Shown piece by piece: positions 17,915 through 28,098 of a stretch of DNA of 40,181 bases. Source of the stretch: Bacteroidota bacterium (GTDB taxonomy: Bacteria; Bacteroidota; Bacteroidia; Bacteroidales; GWE2-29-8); contig JAUZOY010000003.1 of NCBI GenBank assembly GCA_030706235.1, forward strand, positions 1 through 40,181. The letters run 5' to 3'. Made by a program: the position numbers and the translations under genes. The notes under the pieces were generated by a model that saw only the letters and a list, made by a program, of their open reading frames with translations, ran no database searches and was not told the DNA's origin. Positions within the stretch are counted from its first letter, which is position 1. Each line of letters starts with the position of its first letter.

Positions 17915-19504
17915 TTATTTGATTGTATTTATTAAATTATCTGATTTTGAAGGGAAATCTATATTATAATGAAGGCCACGGCTTTCTTTTCTGTCTATTG
18001 CCATTTTTATAATCAGATAGGCCACATTTATAACGTTTCTTAATTCACAAAGTTGTGGAGATAATGTTGATCTGATAAAAAGATCTTCAGTTTCCCTGTA
18101 AATAATTTCTAATCTGTCGAGAGCTCTTTTTAATCGGAGATTTGATCTGACAATACCTACATAAACACTCATTATAGATTCTACTTCCTTCATGCTTTGA
18201 GTGATCAAAACCATTTCTTCAGGACTTGATGTCCCTTCATCATTCCAATCAGGAACTTCATGGCAAAAATTGATGTTTTGTATCGCTTCTATAGCATCAA
18301 TACTTGCTCTGTGTGAAAATACGACTGCTTCAAGAAGAGAATTTGATGCAAGTCTGTTTGCTCCATGCAGACCGGTACATGCACATTCTCCAACAGCATA
18401 TAGATGCTTTATTGTCGATCTGGCATATTCATCTGCTTTTATTCCGCCGCACATATAATGGGCACAGGGTACAACAGGAATCATTTCCTTAGAAATATCT
18501 ATGCCAATAGATAGACATTTATTATAAATAGTAGGAAATTTATCCATTAATTCATCTTTCCCAATATGTCTGCAATCAAGATAAACATAATCATCCCCAC
18601 TTATTTTCATCTCTTTATCTATTGCTCTTGCTGTAATATCACGGGGAGCAAGTGATTTACGTGGATCATATTTCTGCATAAATTCTTTCCCGTCGATAGT
18701 CTTGAGAATTCCGCCGTGACCTCTTACTGCTTCTGATATCAGAAATGAAGGCTTTTCATGAAGATTATAAAGAGAAGTCGGATGAAACTGAACAAATTCT
18801 ACATTTTCTATTTTGCCTTTTGCCCTGTAAACCATAGCAATTCCATCTCCGGTTGCTATATTGGGGTTTGTAGTTGTTGAGTATACTCTCCCCGTACCAC
18901 CTGTGGCCATCAAAGTGACCTTGGAAAGAATGGTTTTAATCATTCCGGTTTTCATGTCCATAACATAAGCCCCATAGCATTCTATATCAGGTGTAGTTCT
19001 TCTGACATCTATGCCCAGATGATGTTGAGTGATGATTTCTATTGCAAAATTATATTCAAGAATTTCTATGTTTTTTTCTTTTCGGACCTGGGCAAGTAAG
19101 GCTCTTTCAATTTCTGCACCTGTTTTGTCTTTATGATGAAGAACTCTGTATTCAGAATGTCCTCCCTCTCTTGCAAGATCGAAAAGTCCTTTGTCAGTTT
19201 TGTCAAATTCTGTTCCCCAACTGATTAATTCTTTAATTCTTTGATGTGATTCAGATACGACCAGCCTGACAGTTTTTTCATCACAAAGGCCATCGCCGCA
19301 ATTCAGTGTGTCCTGAATATGTTTCTCATATGAATCAGGATCGTAAATCGCTGATGCAATGCCTCCCTGTGCTAAATTTGTACTTGATTCCTCAGGTCCT
19401 GCTTTTGTTACTATACATACTTTCCCGTATGGAGCTACCTTTAAAGCAAAAGATAATCCGGCTATACCACTGCCAATTATAAGGAAATCTACTTCTTTTC
19501 TCAT
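17915..19504 (-). CDS. nadB: L-aspartate oxidase
   Basis: IIGSGIAG, AQGGIA, EGGHS, QFHPT, LISEAVRG, LAPRDI, GLHGANRLASNSLLE, ESRGLHY. Confidence 0.96.
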   Translation of the reverse strand: MRKEVDFLIIGSGIAGLSFALKVAPYGKVCIVTKAGPEESSTNLAQGGIASAIYDPDSYEKHIQDTLNCGDGLCDEKTVRLVVSESHQRIKELISWGTEFDKTDKGLFDLAREGGHSEYRVLHHKDKTGAEIERALLAQVRKEKNIEILEYNFAIEIITQHHLGIDVRRTTPDIECYGAYVMDMKTGMIKTILSKVTLMATGGTGRVYSTTTNPNIATGDGIAMVYRAKGKIENVEFVQFHPTSLYNLHEKPSFLISEAVRGHGGILKTIDGKEFMQKYDPRKSLAPRDITARAIDKEMKISGDDYVYLDCRHIGKDELMDKFPTIYNKCLSIGIDISKEMIPVVPCAHYMCGGIKADEYARSTIKHLYAVGECACTGLHGANRLASNSLLEAVVFSHRASIDAIEAIQNINFCHEVPDWNDEGTSSPEEMVLITQSMKEVESIMSVYVGIVRSNLRLKRALDRLEIIYRETEDLFIRSTLSPQLCELRNVINVAYLIIKMAIDRKESRGLHYNIDFPSKSDNLINTIK

Positions 19505-19539
19505 TATTATTAAATAATCGTATGAATATTTTAACGTTG

Positions 19540-19547
19540 CAAACCTA
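19540..19547 (-). promoter_or_regulatory. -7 box (TAGGTTTG) for nadB
   Basis: caaaccta on the + strand, 35 nt upstream of the ATG. Confidence 0.65.
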
Positions 19548-19668
19548 CATAAATTTTAGCAAATGATGTTCTATAGAAATATATTTTGGAACAGTATTGC
19601 CGTTTATTTAAAAGTAACCGCATTAATTACAAATCTATTAAAAAAAATTATTGTTTTTGATAATTATG

Positions 19669-19676
19669 TATCTTTG
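19669..19676 (+). promoter_or_regulatory. -7 box (TATCTTTG) for the divergent small gene-bcp-recA unit
   Basis: TATCTTTGCA, 44 nt upstream of the ATG at 19721. Confidence 0.65.
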
Positions 19677-19720
19677 CATACAAAAGAAAATGTAGTTATT
19701 GCTAAAAAAACAAAATAATT

Positions 19721-19993
19721 ATGGCACATCAGGAAACAACAGAAAATTTATCTAAAGAACAGATAACTTTTAATGACTACATCCGTAGGGGAGATGACTT
19801 TGTCAGAATACAAATTTACAGGAATGCTCTGGAATGGTATAATTTAGCTCTTCAAATGGGTATTGATAATTCTATTCCTAAAAGAAAAATAAGTGAATGT
19901 AAAGAGAAAATAAATGGCGATAATAAAATCATTGCTTTTGTGCTTTTTCTGGCTGCAATTGTTCTTTCTGTAGTTTTTATAGTTAACCATTAA
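19721..19993 (+). CDS. Small membrane protein with one TPR-like helical hairpin and a C-terminal TM helix
   Basis: YIRRGDDFVRIQIYRNALEWYNLAL (TPR-like) and hydrophobic IIAFVLFLAAIVLSVVFIV. Confidence 0.7.
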   Translation: MAHQETTENLSKEQITFNDYIRRGDDFVRIQIYRNALEWYNLALQMGIDNSIPKRKISECKEKINGDNKIIAFVLFLAAIVLSVVFIVNH

Positions 19994-20030
19994 CAATCTT
20001 AAAATTTTCAACTTAAATACTGAAAAAACG

Positions 20031-20495
20031 ATGACAAGTATAAAAGAAGGTGATAAAGCTCCGGACATAACCGGCAAGGATCAAAATGGGAATACAATAT
20101 CATTAAAGGATTTTTCCGGCAATACGGTAATATTGTATTTTTATCCTAAAGATAATACACCGGGTTGCACTCAGGAAGCATGTAACCTGAGAGACAATTA
20201 TGAAGTATTGCTTTCGAAAGGTTTGAAAATTATTGGCGTAAGTAATGATAGTGAGGCTTCTCATCAGAAGTTTAAAGAAAAGTATAATTTACCCTTTCCT
20301 CTGATTGCTGATACTGATAAAAAGATTGTTAATGATTATCAGGTGTATGGACCTAAGAATTTTATGGGTAAAGAAGTCATAGGAATTCGAAGAACAACAT
20401 TTATTATTTCTGAAAATGGAATAATTGAAAATATAATTACTAAAGTGAATACAAAAGATCATACAAAGCAGATACTTGAATTACTAAACAAATAA
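20031..20495 (+). CDS. bcp: Thioredoxin-dependent peroxiredoxin Bcp
   Basis: LYFYPKDNTPGCTQEAC, RTTFII. Confidence 0.95.
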   Translation: MTSIKEGDKAPDITGKDQNGNTISLKDFSGNTVILYFYPKDNTPGCTQEACNLRDNYEVLLSKGLKIIGVSNDSEASHQKFKEKYNLPFPLIADTDKKIVNDYQVYGPKNFMGKEVIGIRRTTFIISENGIIENIITKVNTKDHTKQILELLNK

Positions 20496-20520
20496 TACAG
20501 AAATTATATAATATCAAAAT

Positions 20521-21531
20521 ATGGCAAAAGAAGAAGTTAACGTTAATGAGGAAAAAATAAAAGCATTACAACTGACGATTGATAAGCTTGAAAAAACTTA
20601 TGGAAAAGGAACCATAATGAAGTTGGGTGATTCCCCTGTTGAAAAAGCGGAGATTATTTCTACCGGGTCGCTTGGCCTGGACGTCGCATTGGGAATAGGC
20701 GGTTTACCTAAAGGAAGGGTTATTGAAATATATGGACCTGAATCATCAGGTAAGACAACATTAGCAATTCATGCGATAGCTGAGTCGCAGAAGGCCGGCG
20801 GTATTGCTGCTTTTATTGATGCTGAGCATGCTTTTGATACATCTTATGCTTCGAAATTAGGTGTGGATGTTAAAAATCTTCTTATCTCTCAGCCTGACAA
20901 TGGAGAACAGGCTCTCGAAATAGCCGATAATCTTATTCGCTCAGGTGCTATAGATATAATTGTAATTGACTCTGTAGCCGCTTTGACTCCAAAAAGTGAA
21001 ATAGAAGGCGAAATGGGTGACTCAAAAATGGGGCTACAGGCAAGATTAATGTCTCAGGCTTTAAGAAAACTTACCGGTACTATTAACAAAACGGGATGTT
21101 GTTGCATTTTTATTAATCAGTTGAGAGAAAAAATAGGCATAATGTTCGGAAATCCGGAAACTACAACCGGTGGAAATGCATTGAAATTTTATGCTTCAGT
21201 AAGACTTGATATCAGAAAGGTAAATCAGATAAAAGAAGGTGATAAAATTCTTGGTAACAGGGTTAAGGTTAAGGTTGTAAAGAACAAAATGGCTCCTCCT
21301 TTTAAAACATCTGAATTTGATATTATCTGGGGAGAAGGAATATCAAAGTTAGGTGAGATTATTGATATGGGTGTTGATATGAATATTATAAAAAAGAGTG
21401 GGGCTTGGTTCAGTTATGGTGATGTGAAGCTAGGTCAGGGAAGAGATGCCGTTAAATCTCTTCTTGAAGATAATTTAGAGTTATGCGATGAACTTGAAAA
21501 CAAAATAAGAGATATTTTGCAAAATAACTAA
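20521..21531 (+). CDS. recA: Recombinase RecA
   Basis: [44 protein letters not shown]. No intein. Confidence 0.99.
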   Translation: MAKEEVNVNEEKIKALQLTIDKLEKTYGKGTIMKLGDSPVEKAEIISTGSLGLDVALGIGGLPKGRVIEIYGPESSGKTTLAIHAIAESQKAGGIAAFIDAEHAFDTSYASKLGVDVKNLLISQPDNGEQALEIADNLIRSGAIDIIVIDSVAALTPKSEIEGEMGDSKMGLQARLMSQALRKLTGTINKTGCCCIFINQLREKIGIMFGNPETTTGGNALKFYASVRLDIRKVNQIKEGDKILGNRVKVKVVKNKMAPPFKTSEFDIIWGEGISKLGEIIDMGVDMNIIKKSGAWFSYGDVKLGQGRDAVKSLLEDNLELCDELENKIRDILQNN

Positions 21532-21552
21532 TGTTTTATCGATTAATGACAA

Positions 21553-22413
21553 ATGTATAACAGGAGCGAAATCGAAGCACTTGTTAGTCTGCTTGATGAA
21601 ACAGATGAAAGTTTATACAATCAACTTAAGGAAAAGATAATATTCTATGGGGTGGATATTGTTCCTGTCCTTGAAAAGAAATGGGAAATTACATCTGAAG
21701 AATATGTCAGACAACGCATAGAAAATATTACACATCAGATACAGTTTGAAGATGTTTGTATAGAACTTAAGAATTGGCTTGCATTTGGTTCCTCAGATAT
21801 TTTAAAAGGATATATTATCGTTTCAAAATATCACTACCCGGAATTAAATCCGGAAAACATAAATAATACTATAAATCATATAGTACGAGATGTATGGCTG
21901 GAACTTAATGATACTCTCACTCCTTTAGAAAAAATTAAAGTTTTGAATCATATTATATTTGATGTTCATAACTTTAGCAGTAGTATTTTTAATTATAATT
22001 CTCCTCAGGGTTTGTTTCTGAATATTTTACTTGAAAGCAGAAGAGGAAATTCTCTATCTTTGGGATTACTGTATATTATTGTTGCAAGGAAACTAGGTTT
22101 CCCTATTTATGGAGTAAATTTACCTGAGCATTTTATACTTACATATCTTAACGAATCTGCTGATCCTGAATTTTCAAATGGAGATGATATATTGTTTTAT
22201 ATTAATGCTTTTAGCAGAGGTGCCGCTTTTACCAGAACAGAAATAGATTCATACCTAAAACATCTAAAACTCGAAATGGATGAATCATTTTACAGCCCTT
22301 GTTCAAATGTTGATCTGATAAAAAGACTGCTGAATAATTTAAAAATGGCTTATGATAAAACAGGTTATCCTGAAAAGGTTAAAGAAATTGAAATGATGAT
22401 AGAAATATTGTAA
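21553..22413 (+). CDS. SirB1-like / transglutaminase-like (Transglut_core2) protein
   Basis: LLESRRGNSLSLGLLYIIVARKLGFPIYGVNLPEHFIL, FYINAF, RLLNNLK. Confidence 0.85.
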   Translation: MYNRSEIEALVSLLDETDESLYNQLKEKIIFYGVDIVPVLEKKWEITSEEYVRQRIENITHQIQFEDVCIELKNWLAFGSSDILKGYIIVSKYHYPELNPENINNTINHIVRDVWLELNDTLTPLEKIKVLNHIIFDVHNFSSSIFNYNSPQGLFLNILLESRRGNSLSLGLLYIIVARKLGFPIYGVNLPEHFILTYLNESADPEFSNGDDILFYINAFSRGAAFTRTEIDSYLKHLKLEMDESFYSPCSNVDLIKRLLNNLKMAYDKTGYPEKVKEIEMMIEIL

Positions 22414-22418
22414 AAACC

Positions 22419-23114
22419 ATGATAAAAAGTATAATAGTTAAGCTATCGCGAGTATATAAAATGCTTAAAGGGAAAGACATCTTTTTCCCTGTTCAGTATA
22501 GGTGTAATAAAATAAAATATGGAAAAAAAGGAGCAGATTGGACTTTTTGTCCTGATCTGATAAATCAGACCAGCATAATCTATTCTTTTGGAGTTGGTAT
22601 GGATATTTCATTTGAACTTGAAATGATTGAAAAATATGGAGTGAAAATATATGCATTTGATCCTACACCTAAATCAATTGAGTGGTTAAATAAGCAGTCA
22701 TTACCTGGTGAATTTGTTTTTTCTCCTATAGGTATTGCTGAATATGACGGAAATGCATTATTTAGTTTTCCTGATAATCCCGATTATGTCTCCGGTTCTA
22801 TGACTCAGAATATGAGAAAAGATAATGAAAAAACCGAAGTAAAAGTTAACAGGTTGGAAACAATTATGAAAATGTATGGACATAAAAGTATTGATATATT
22901 AAAGATGGATATCGAAGGTGCAGAATATAAGGTCATAGATGATATTATCAATACAGGAATAGATATAAAACAAATACTTTTTGAGATTCATCATAGATTT
23001 GAAAATTTGGATATAAAAGATACTAAAACAGCTTTCAGAAAATTAAATATTGCCGGGTATAAGATTTTTAATATTTCTCTGAATGGTGAGGAGTATTCTT
23101 TTATAAAAGTATAA
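22419..23114 (+). CDS. FkbM family SAM-dependent methyltransferase
   Basis: YSFGVGMDISFE, AFDPTP, IDILKMDIEGAEY, EIHH. Confidence 0.9.
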   Translation: MIKSIIVKLSRVYKMLKGKDIFFPVQYRCNKIKYGKKGADWTFCPDLINQTSIIYSFGVGMDISFELEMIEKYGVKIYAFDPTPKSIEWLNKQSLPGEFVFSPIGIAEYDGNALFSFPDNPDYVSGSMTQNMRKDNEKTEVKVNRLETIMKMYGHKSIDILKMDIEGAEYKVIDDIINTGIDIKQILFEIHHRFENLDIKDTKTAFRKLNIAGYKIFNISLNGEEYSFIKV

Positions 23115-23139
23115 TAAGAATATTGAATAAATTTTGGAA

Positions 23140-24402
23140 ATGAAAGTCGTATTGGTAAATACAAATGATACTGGAGGTGGGGCTGCAATCGCATGCAGAA
23201 GGCTTTTAAGTGCGCATGTTAAGAATGGTGTCGATGTTAAAATGCTTGTAAGAACCAAAAACAGTAAAGATAATTATATAGAGAGTACTACTCATAATGG
23301 AATAAAGAGGCTTAGGAATAATTTTAATTTTCTTTATGAGAGACTGGGTTTTATTGCTATAGAAAGTTCTAAAGATGTAAGATTTGCATTTTCATCTGCG
23401 AATATTGGTGAGGATATATCTGATAATAAATTGATTAAAGAAGCTGATTTGATCCATCTTCATTGGGTTAACCAGGGATTTATCTCATTACAGGGGATAG
23501 ATAAACTATTAAAATTGAACAAACCTGTTGTTTGGACTCTTCATGATATGTGGGCTTTTACGGGAGGCTGTCATTATAGTGGTACTTGCTTGAATTACGG
23601 AGAAAATTGTGGTAACTGCTATTTTCTTGATAAACCATCTGAAAATGATATTTCAGCTAAAATTTGGAATAAGAAAAAATCACTTTATGAAAATAAGAAT
23701 ATTACTTTCGTAACATGCAGTAATTGGCTTAAAGAAACTGCAAAACGTAGTACTTTATTAAAAGATTTTAGAATAGAATCAATCCCTAATCCTATTGATA
23801 CAGATAAGTTTTCTCCGGGAGTTCATGAAAGACTTGTTGAGAAACTTAATCTTTCTTTATGCAAAAAATATATTTTATTCGGTGCTGCAAATGTTAATGA
23901 TAAGAGAAAGGGCCTAAATTATTTTATTGAAGCTTTAAATATTCTTAATAATAGACATCCTGAATCAGTTTATAAAGTAGAATTACTCGTTTTTGGTAAA
24001 TCTGTCGGTGATATTTTTAATGAATTACCTTATAAACTTAATAATATGGGAGTGATGAAAAGTCAGAAGGAAATCGCTGAGATATACAGTGTTTCCAATC
24101 TTTTTGTTCTTCCTTCAATAGAGGACAATCTTCCAAATACAATAATGGAGTCCCTTGCTTGTGGTACTGCTGTAGTTGCATTTAATACAGGTGGAATTCC
24201 TGAGATGATAGAGAATGGAGTTAATGGATATCTGGCTGAATATAAGTCTTCAGAAAGTCTTGCAGATAATATTTACAAAGTGTTATTTGAAAGTGATAGT
24301 GAATTGTTGTGCAGAAATGCAAGGGATAAAGTAATGAGTACTTATACTGAAAGTAATGTTAGCAACAAATATCTTGACCTCTACAATGAAATAATTAAGT
24401 AA
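23140..24402 (+). CDS. GT4 family glycosyltransferase (WcaC-like)
   Basis: GGAAIACRRL, HLHW, WTLHDMWAFTGGCHY, EDNLPNTIMESLACG, GGIPEMI. ATG at 23140 preferred. Confidence 0.92.
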   Translation: MKVVLVNTNDTGGGAAIACRRLLSAHVKNGVDVKMLVRTKNSKDNYIESTTHNGIKRLRNNFNFLYERLGFIAIESSKDVRFAFSSANIGEDISDNKLIKEADLIHLHWVNQGFISLQGIDKLLKLNKPVVWTLHDMWAFTGGCHYSGTCLNYGENCGNCYFLDKPSENDISAKIWNKKKSLYENKNITFVTCSNWLKETAKRSTLLKDFRIESIPNPIDTDKFSPGVHERLVEKLNLSLCKKYILFGAANVNDKRKGLNYFIEALNILNNRHPESVYKVELLVFGKSVGDIFNELPYKLNNMGVMKSQKEIAEIYSVSNLFVLPSIEDNLPNTIMESLACGTAVVAFNTGGIPEMIENGVNGYLAEYKSSESLADNIYKVLFESDSELLCRNARDKVMSTYTESNVSNKYLDLYNEIIK

Positions 24403-24407
24403 TTTTG
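24400..24407 (+). promoter_or_regulatory. Possible -7 box (TAATTTTG) overlapping the GT stop codon, for HAD-rarA
   Basis: Consensus match 33 nt upstream of the ATG at 24441. Confidence 0.45.
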
Positions 24408-24440
24408 CATCATTAATCATTAAAAAAATCATTAAAAAAA

Positions 24441-24851
24441 ATGAAAACTCTATATTTAGATATTGATGGTGTTCTTGTTGACTCAAAAGAAAGGAAAGCT
24501 GCTGAAAATGGTAAAGAGTTTATAAATTTTATTGTGAATAATTTTGACTGCTACTGGTTGTCTACACGTTGCAAAGGTGAGACAGAATTGGCTATGAATT
24601 ATCTTAGTATGTTTTATGATTCTGAAACTATGGAATTGTTGAAAACTATCAACCCTACAGAATGGGGCGCAATGAAAACTGATGCTATTGAAATGACAGA
24701 TGAATGGTACTGGCTTGATGATGCTCCTTTGTCATTTGAAGTAAATATTTTGAAGAAATATGGACTGCTTAACAGATTAATTGTTGTAGATCTTTCAAAA
24801 GATTATGGATTGAATGGAGTGAAGCTCAAGCTCGAAAAGGTAAAAAATTAA
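24441..24851 (+). CDS. Minimal cap-less HAD-superfamily hydrolase
   Basis: Motif I LYLDIDGVL, motif II WLST, motif III K in MKTDAI, motif IV WLDD. Confidence 0.78.
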   Translation: MKTLYLDIDGVLVDSKERKAAENGKEFINFIVNNFDCYWLSTRCKGETELAMNYLSMFYDSETMELLKTINPTEWGAMKTDAIEMTDEWYWLDDAPLSFEVNILKKYGLLNRLIVVDLSKDYGLNGVKLKLEKVKN

Positions 24852-24855
24852 CTAT

Positions 24856-26121
24856 ATGACAAACATTCCTCTCGCTGAAAGACTAAGACCAAGAGATTTT
24901 AAGACTTTCATAGGCCAGAAGCATTTAATAGGGGAGGGAGCTGTATTAAGAAATGCTATAAATGCAGGAAATATTCCTTCTATGATATTCTGGGGACCAC
25001 CTGGAGTCGGAAAAACTACTCTTGCAAGAATTATTGCTTCAAAACTTAACCAAAAATTTTATTCCCTGAGTGCAATAAATTCAGGAGTCAAAGATATTAG
25101 GAACGTCATTGATAGTGCTATTAATGATCAGGAGGGGGCAATATTGTTTATTGATGAAATCCATCGGTTCAGTAAATCACAACAGGATTCTCTTTTAGGC
25201 GCTGTTGAAAAAGGAATAGTAACATTAATTGGTGCAACAACTGAAAATCCTTCTTTTGAAGTGATCTCTCCTTTATTATCCCGCTGCCAGGTATATATTC
25301 TCAGACCTTTTGAAGAAAATGAACTTATAGATTTATTAAATTATGCTATAAGTGAAGATGTCTTATTTAAAAACCTAAATATTAAACTGGAGGAAACAGA
25401 AGCATTATTGAGAATTTCCGGAGGAGATGCAAGAAAATTATTGAATGCTCTGGAACTTGTAGTTAATAGTGAAAAGACTGAAGTATATGTAATTACTGAT
25501 AAAAAAGTCCTTAATGTTGTACAGCAAAATCTTGTGCTTTATGACAAAATGGGAGAAATGCACTATGATATTATATCAGCATTTATTAAATCGATGAGAG
25601 GCAGTGATCCTAATGCTACAGTTTATTGGTTGTCAAGAATGGTACAAGCCGGTGAAGATGTTAAGTTTATTGCAAGAAGAATGCTGATATTTGCTTCAGA
25701 GGATATAGGTATGGCGAATCCGACTGCAATGATTTTAGCAAATAACTGCTTTCAGGCTGTAAATGTTATTGGATATCCGGAAAGCGATATTATTCTTTCC
25801 CAAACTGCTGTTTATCTCGCTACTTCTGTCAAAAGCAATGCTTCTTATATGGCGATAAAGAGTGCACATCAAGTAGTAGAAACTACCGGTGACCTTCCCG
25901 TTCCGTTGCATATAAGAAATGCTCCTACCAAATTTATGAAAAATCTTAATTACGGCAAAGATTATAAATATCCTCATGATTTTGAAGGAAATTTTACTCA
26001 GCAGGAATATCTGCCTGATAAAATAAAAAATACTATCCTTTATGATCCGGGAAACAATATAAGAGAAAATGATGTGAGAAAGAGAATGAAAGAACTCTGG
26101 AAAAACAAATATAAATACTAG
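24856..26121 (+). CDS. rarA: Replication-associated recombination protein A (MgsA/RarA)
   Basis: PLAERLRP, WGPPGVGKTT, FIDEIHRF, GATTENPSF, ISAFIKSMRGSDP, VPLHIRNAPT. Confidence 0.97.
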   Translation: MTNIPLAERLRPRDFKTFIGQKHLIGEGAVLRNAINAGNIPSMIFWGPPGVGKTTLARIIASKLNQKFYSLSAINSGVKDIRNVIDSAINDQEGAILFIDEIHRFSKSQQDSLLGAVEKGIVTLIGATTENPSFEVISPLLSRCQVYILRPFEENELIDLLNYAISEDVLFKNLNIKLEETEALLRISGGDARKLLNALELVVNSEKTEVYVITDKKVLNVVQQNLVLYDKMGEMHYDIISAFIKSMRGSDPNATVYWLSRMVQAGEDVKFIARRMLIFASEDIGMANPTAMILANNCFQAVNVIGYPESDIILSQTAVYLATSVKSNASYMAIKSAHQVVETTGDLPVPLHIRNAPTKFMKNLNYGKDYKYPHDFEGNFTQQEYLPDKIKNTILYDPGNNIRENDVRKRMKELWKNKYKY

Positions 26122-26144
26122 AATTAATGATACATTTTGAAAAA

Positions 26145-27239
26145 TTATGTTAGTTTTTCTACTATAATTTTAGTAATTCTTTCAGCAACTTTACCATCCC
26201 AAAGTTCTGGTATTGAGCCTTTCTTAAGATTTCCTGAGAGTACATTAAACGCTGCTTTTTCTACATTCTTTAGGTTTGTACCTATTAGCTGATTTGTCCC
26301 TACAGTTACTGTAACAGGCCTTTCTGTATTATCTCTTACTGTTATACATTGTACTCCGAGATATGTCGTTTCTTCCTGTATGCCGCCACTATCTGTAATA
26401 AGTAATGATGCCCCCTGTGTTAATGCAAGAAATTCTATATAACCAAGTGGTTCTGTCATAATTATATTCTGACTAATCTTGTCTCTGATTCCAAATTTTA
26501 TCAAATTATTCATTGTTCTTGGATGAACTGGAAATACTATTTTTTTTGTGGCAGAAAGATTATTAAGCATATCTACTAGTTGATTAAGACTAACTTCTGA
26601 ATCTACATTACTCGGGCGATGAAAGGTTCCTAATATATATGAATCTTTGACTAATCCCATATCTTTAAGAATCGTAGATTTATCAATTTTAGGAAGATAA
26701 TAAATGAGACTGTCAATCATAACATTACCTGTAAAGTAAATTTTTGAATCATCTATACCTTCTCTTTTAAGATTTTCCAACCCACTTCTTTCTGATACAA
26801 AAAGATAATTGGAGATTACGTCAGTTACCATACGATTGATTTCTTCAGGCATCTCTCTGTCAAAACTTCTTAATCCTGCTTCGACATGAGCAACCGGTAC
26901 TCCTAATTTTGTGGCTACAAGACTACATGCCATTGTTGAGTTAACATCACCAACAACAATGATAAAATCCGGCTTTTCAGAAAGTACAACTTTTTCAAAT
27001 TCTATCATTATTTTTGCTGTTTGTTCTGCATGTGATCCTCCGCCAACACCAAGATAGAAATGAGGTTTAGGCATTTCAAGTTCTTCAAAAAATATTTTGG
27101 ACATTTTTTCATCAAAATGTTGGCCTGTATGACAAATCAGGTGTTGAACCGTTTTATCGTATTTCTGAAATGCTTTGTGTATCGGTGCTACTTTTATAAA
27201 ATTAGGTCGTGCTCCAACTATTGATATTACTTTCTTCAT
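26145..27239 (-). CDS. wecB: UDP-N-acetylglucosamine 2-epimerase (non-hydrolysing)
   Basis: MKKVISIVGARPNFIK (true start likely 27239), HTGQH, HVEAGLRS, MPEEINR, TDSGGIQEE, TERP. Confidence 0.93.
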   Translation of the reverse strand: MKKVISIVGARPNFIKVAPIHKAFQKYDKTVQHLICHTGQHFDEKMSKIFFEELEMPKPHFYLGVGGGSHAEQTAKIMIEFEKVVLSEKPDFIIVVGDVNSTMACSLVATKLGVPVAHVEAGLRSFDREMPEEINRMVTDVISNYLFVSERSGLENLKREGIDDSKIYFTGNVMIDSLIYYLPKIDKSTILKDMGLVKDSYILGTFHRPSNVDSEVSLNQLVDMLNNLSATKKIVFPVHPRTMNNLIKFGIRDKISQNIIMTEPLGYIEFLALTQGASLLITDSGGIQEETTYLGVQCITVRDNTERPVTVTVGTNQLIGTNLKNVEKAAFNVLSGNLKKGSIPELWDGKVAERITKIIVEKLT

Positions 27240-27939
27240 CTGAATTCTTTTTATCTTTATTCTTTTCTTTACCTTCAATAACTATAACTATTTCTCCTTT
27301 GATATTTTTATCTTTAAAAAAATCAAAAATTTCTGTCAATGTTCCTCTTTGAGTCTCTTCATAAATTTTGGTAAGCTCTCTTGATACTGAGACTCTTCTT
27401 TCTTTGCCAAAAAATTGAATTAATTGTTCTAATGTTTTAACCAGTCTGTGAGGGGACTCGTAAATAATAATTGTTCTTTTTTCTTCTGCCAATTCTTGAA
27501 TTCTGGTATGTCTTCCTTTTTTCTGGGGAAGGAATCCCTCAAAAATAAACCTGTCTGCTGGTAATCCTGAATTTATAAGAGCAGGTATTAAAGCAGTAGG
27601 TCCGGGGAGACATTCTACTTCAATGCCTTGTTCAATGCAATGCCTCACCAGAAGGAATCCGGGATCGGATATTCCGGGTGTCCCGGCATCTGTAACTAGT
27701 CCGATATTTTCCCCGCTAATTATTCTTGAGGTGATGAGCTCTACAGTTTTGTGTTCATTATGTATATGATGTGCAAACATTTTTTTACTTATTCCTAAAT
27801 GCTTCATAAGATTCCCTGTAGTGCGGGTATCTTCAGCAATAATACAGTCAACTTCTTTTAAAATTCTTATTGCCCTGAGTGTAATATCTTCAAGATTACC
27901 GATTGGTGTTGGAATAATATAAAGTTTAGACAAGCTCAA
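27202..27939 (-). CDS. rsmI: 16S rRNA C1402 2'-O-methyltransferase
   Basis: LYIIPTPIGNLEDITLRA, AEDTRT, DAGTPGISDPG, YESPHR, RELTKIYEE. Confidence 0.96.
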   Translation of the reverse strand: MSLSKLYIIPTPIGNLEDITLRAIRILKEVDCIIAEDTRTTGNLMKHLGISKKMFAHHIHNEHKTVELITSRIISGENIGLVTDAGTPGISDPGFLLVRHCIEQGIEVECLPGPTALIPALINSGLPADRFIFEGFLPQKKGRHTRIQELAEEKRTIIIYESPHRLVKTLEQLIQFFGKERRVSVSRELTKIYEETQRGTLTEIFDFFKDKNIKGEIVIVIEGKEKNKDKKNSDEESNINSWSTT

Positions 27940-28098
27940 TATATTTATTCGTTTGTTTATAGAATTATTTCATTGCAAATTACTGGCAAATGTATACAAA
28001 CAAATCCATCAAATTATTTTTCTGCCTCATAGCATTATAATAATAAAAGTTATTCTGCAAACTTACATAAAATAAATGAATGTGAATATTAATTAATG

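Noticed and set aside
19994-20025. Possible degenerate heptamer periodicity upstream of bcp
   Set aside because: Too degenerate and A/T-only to support.
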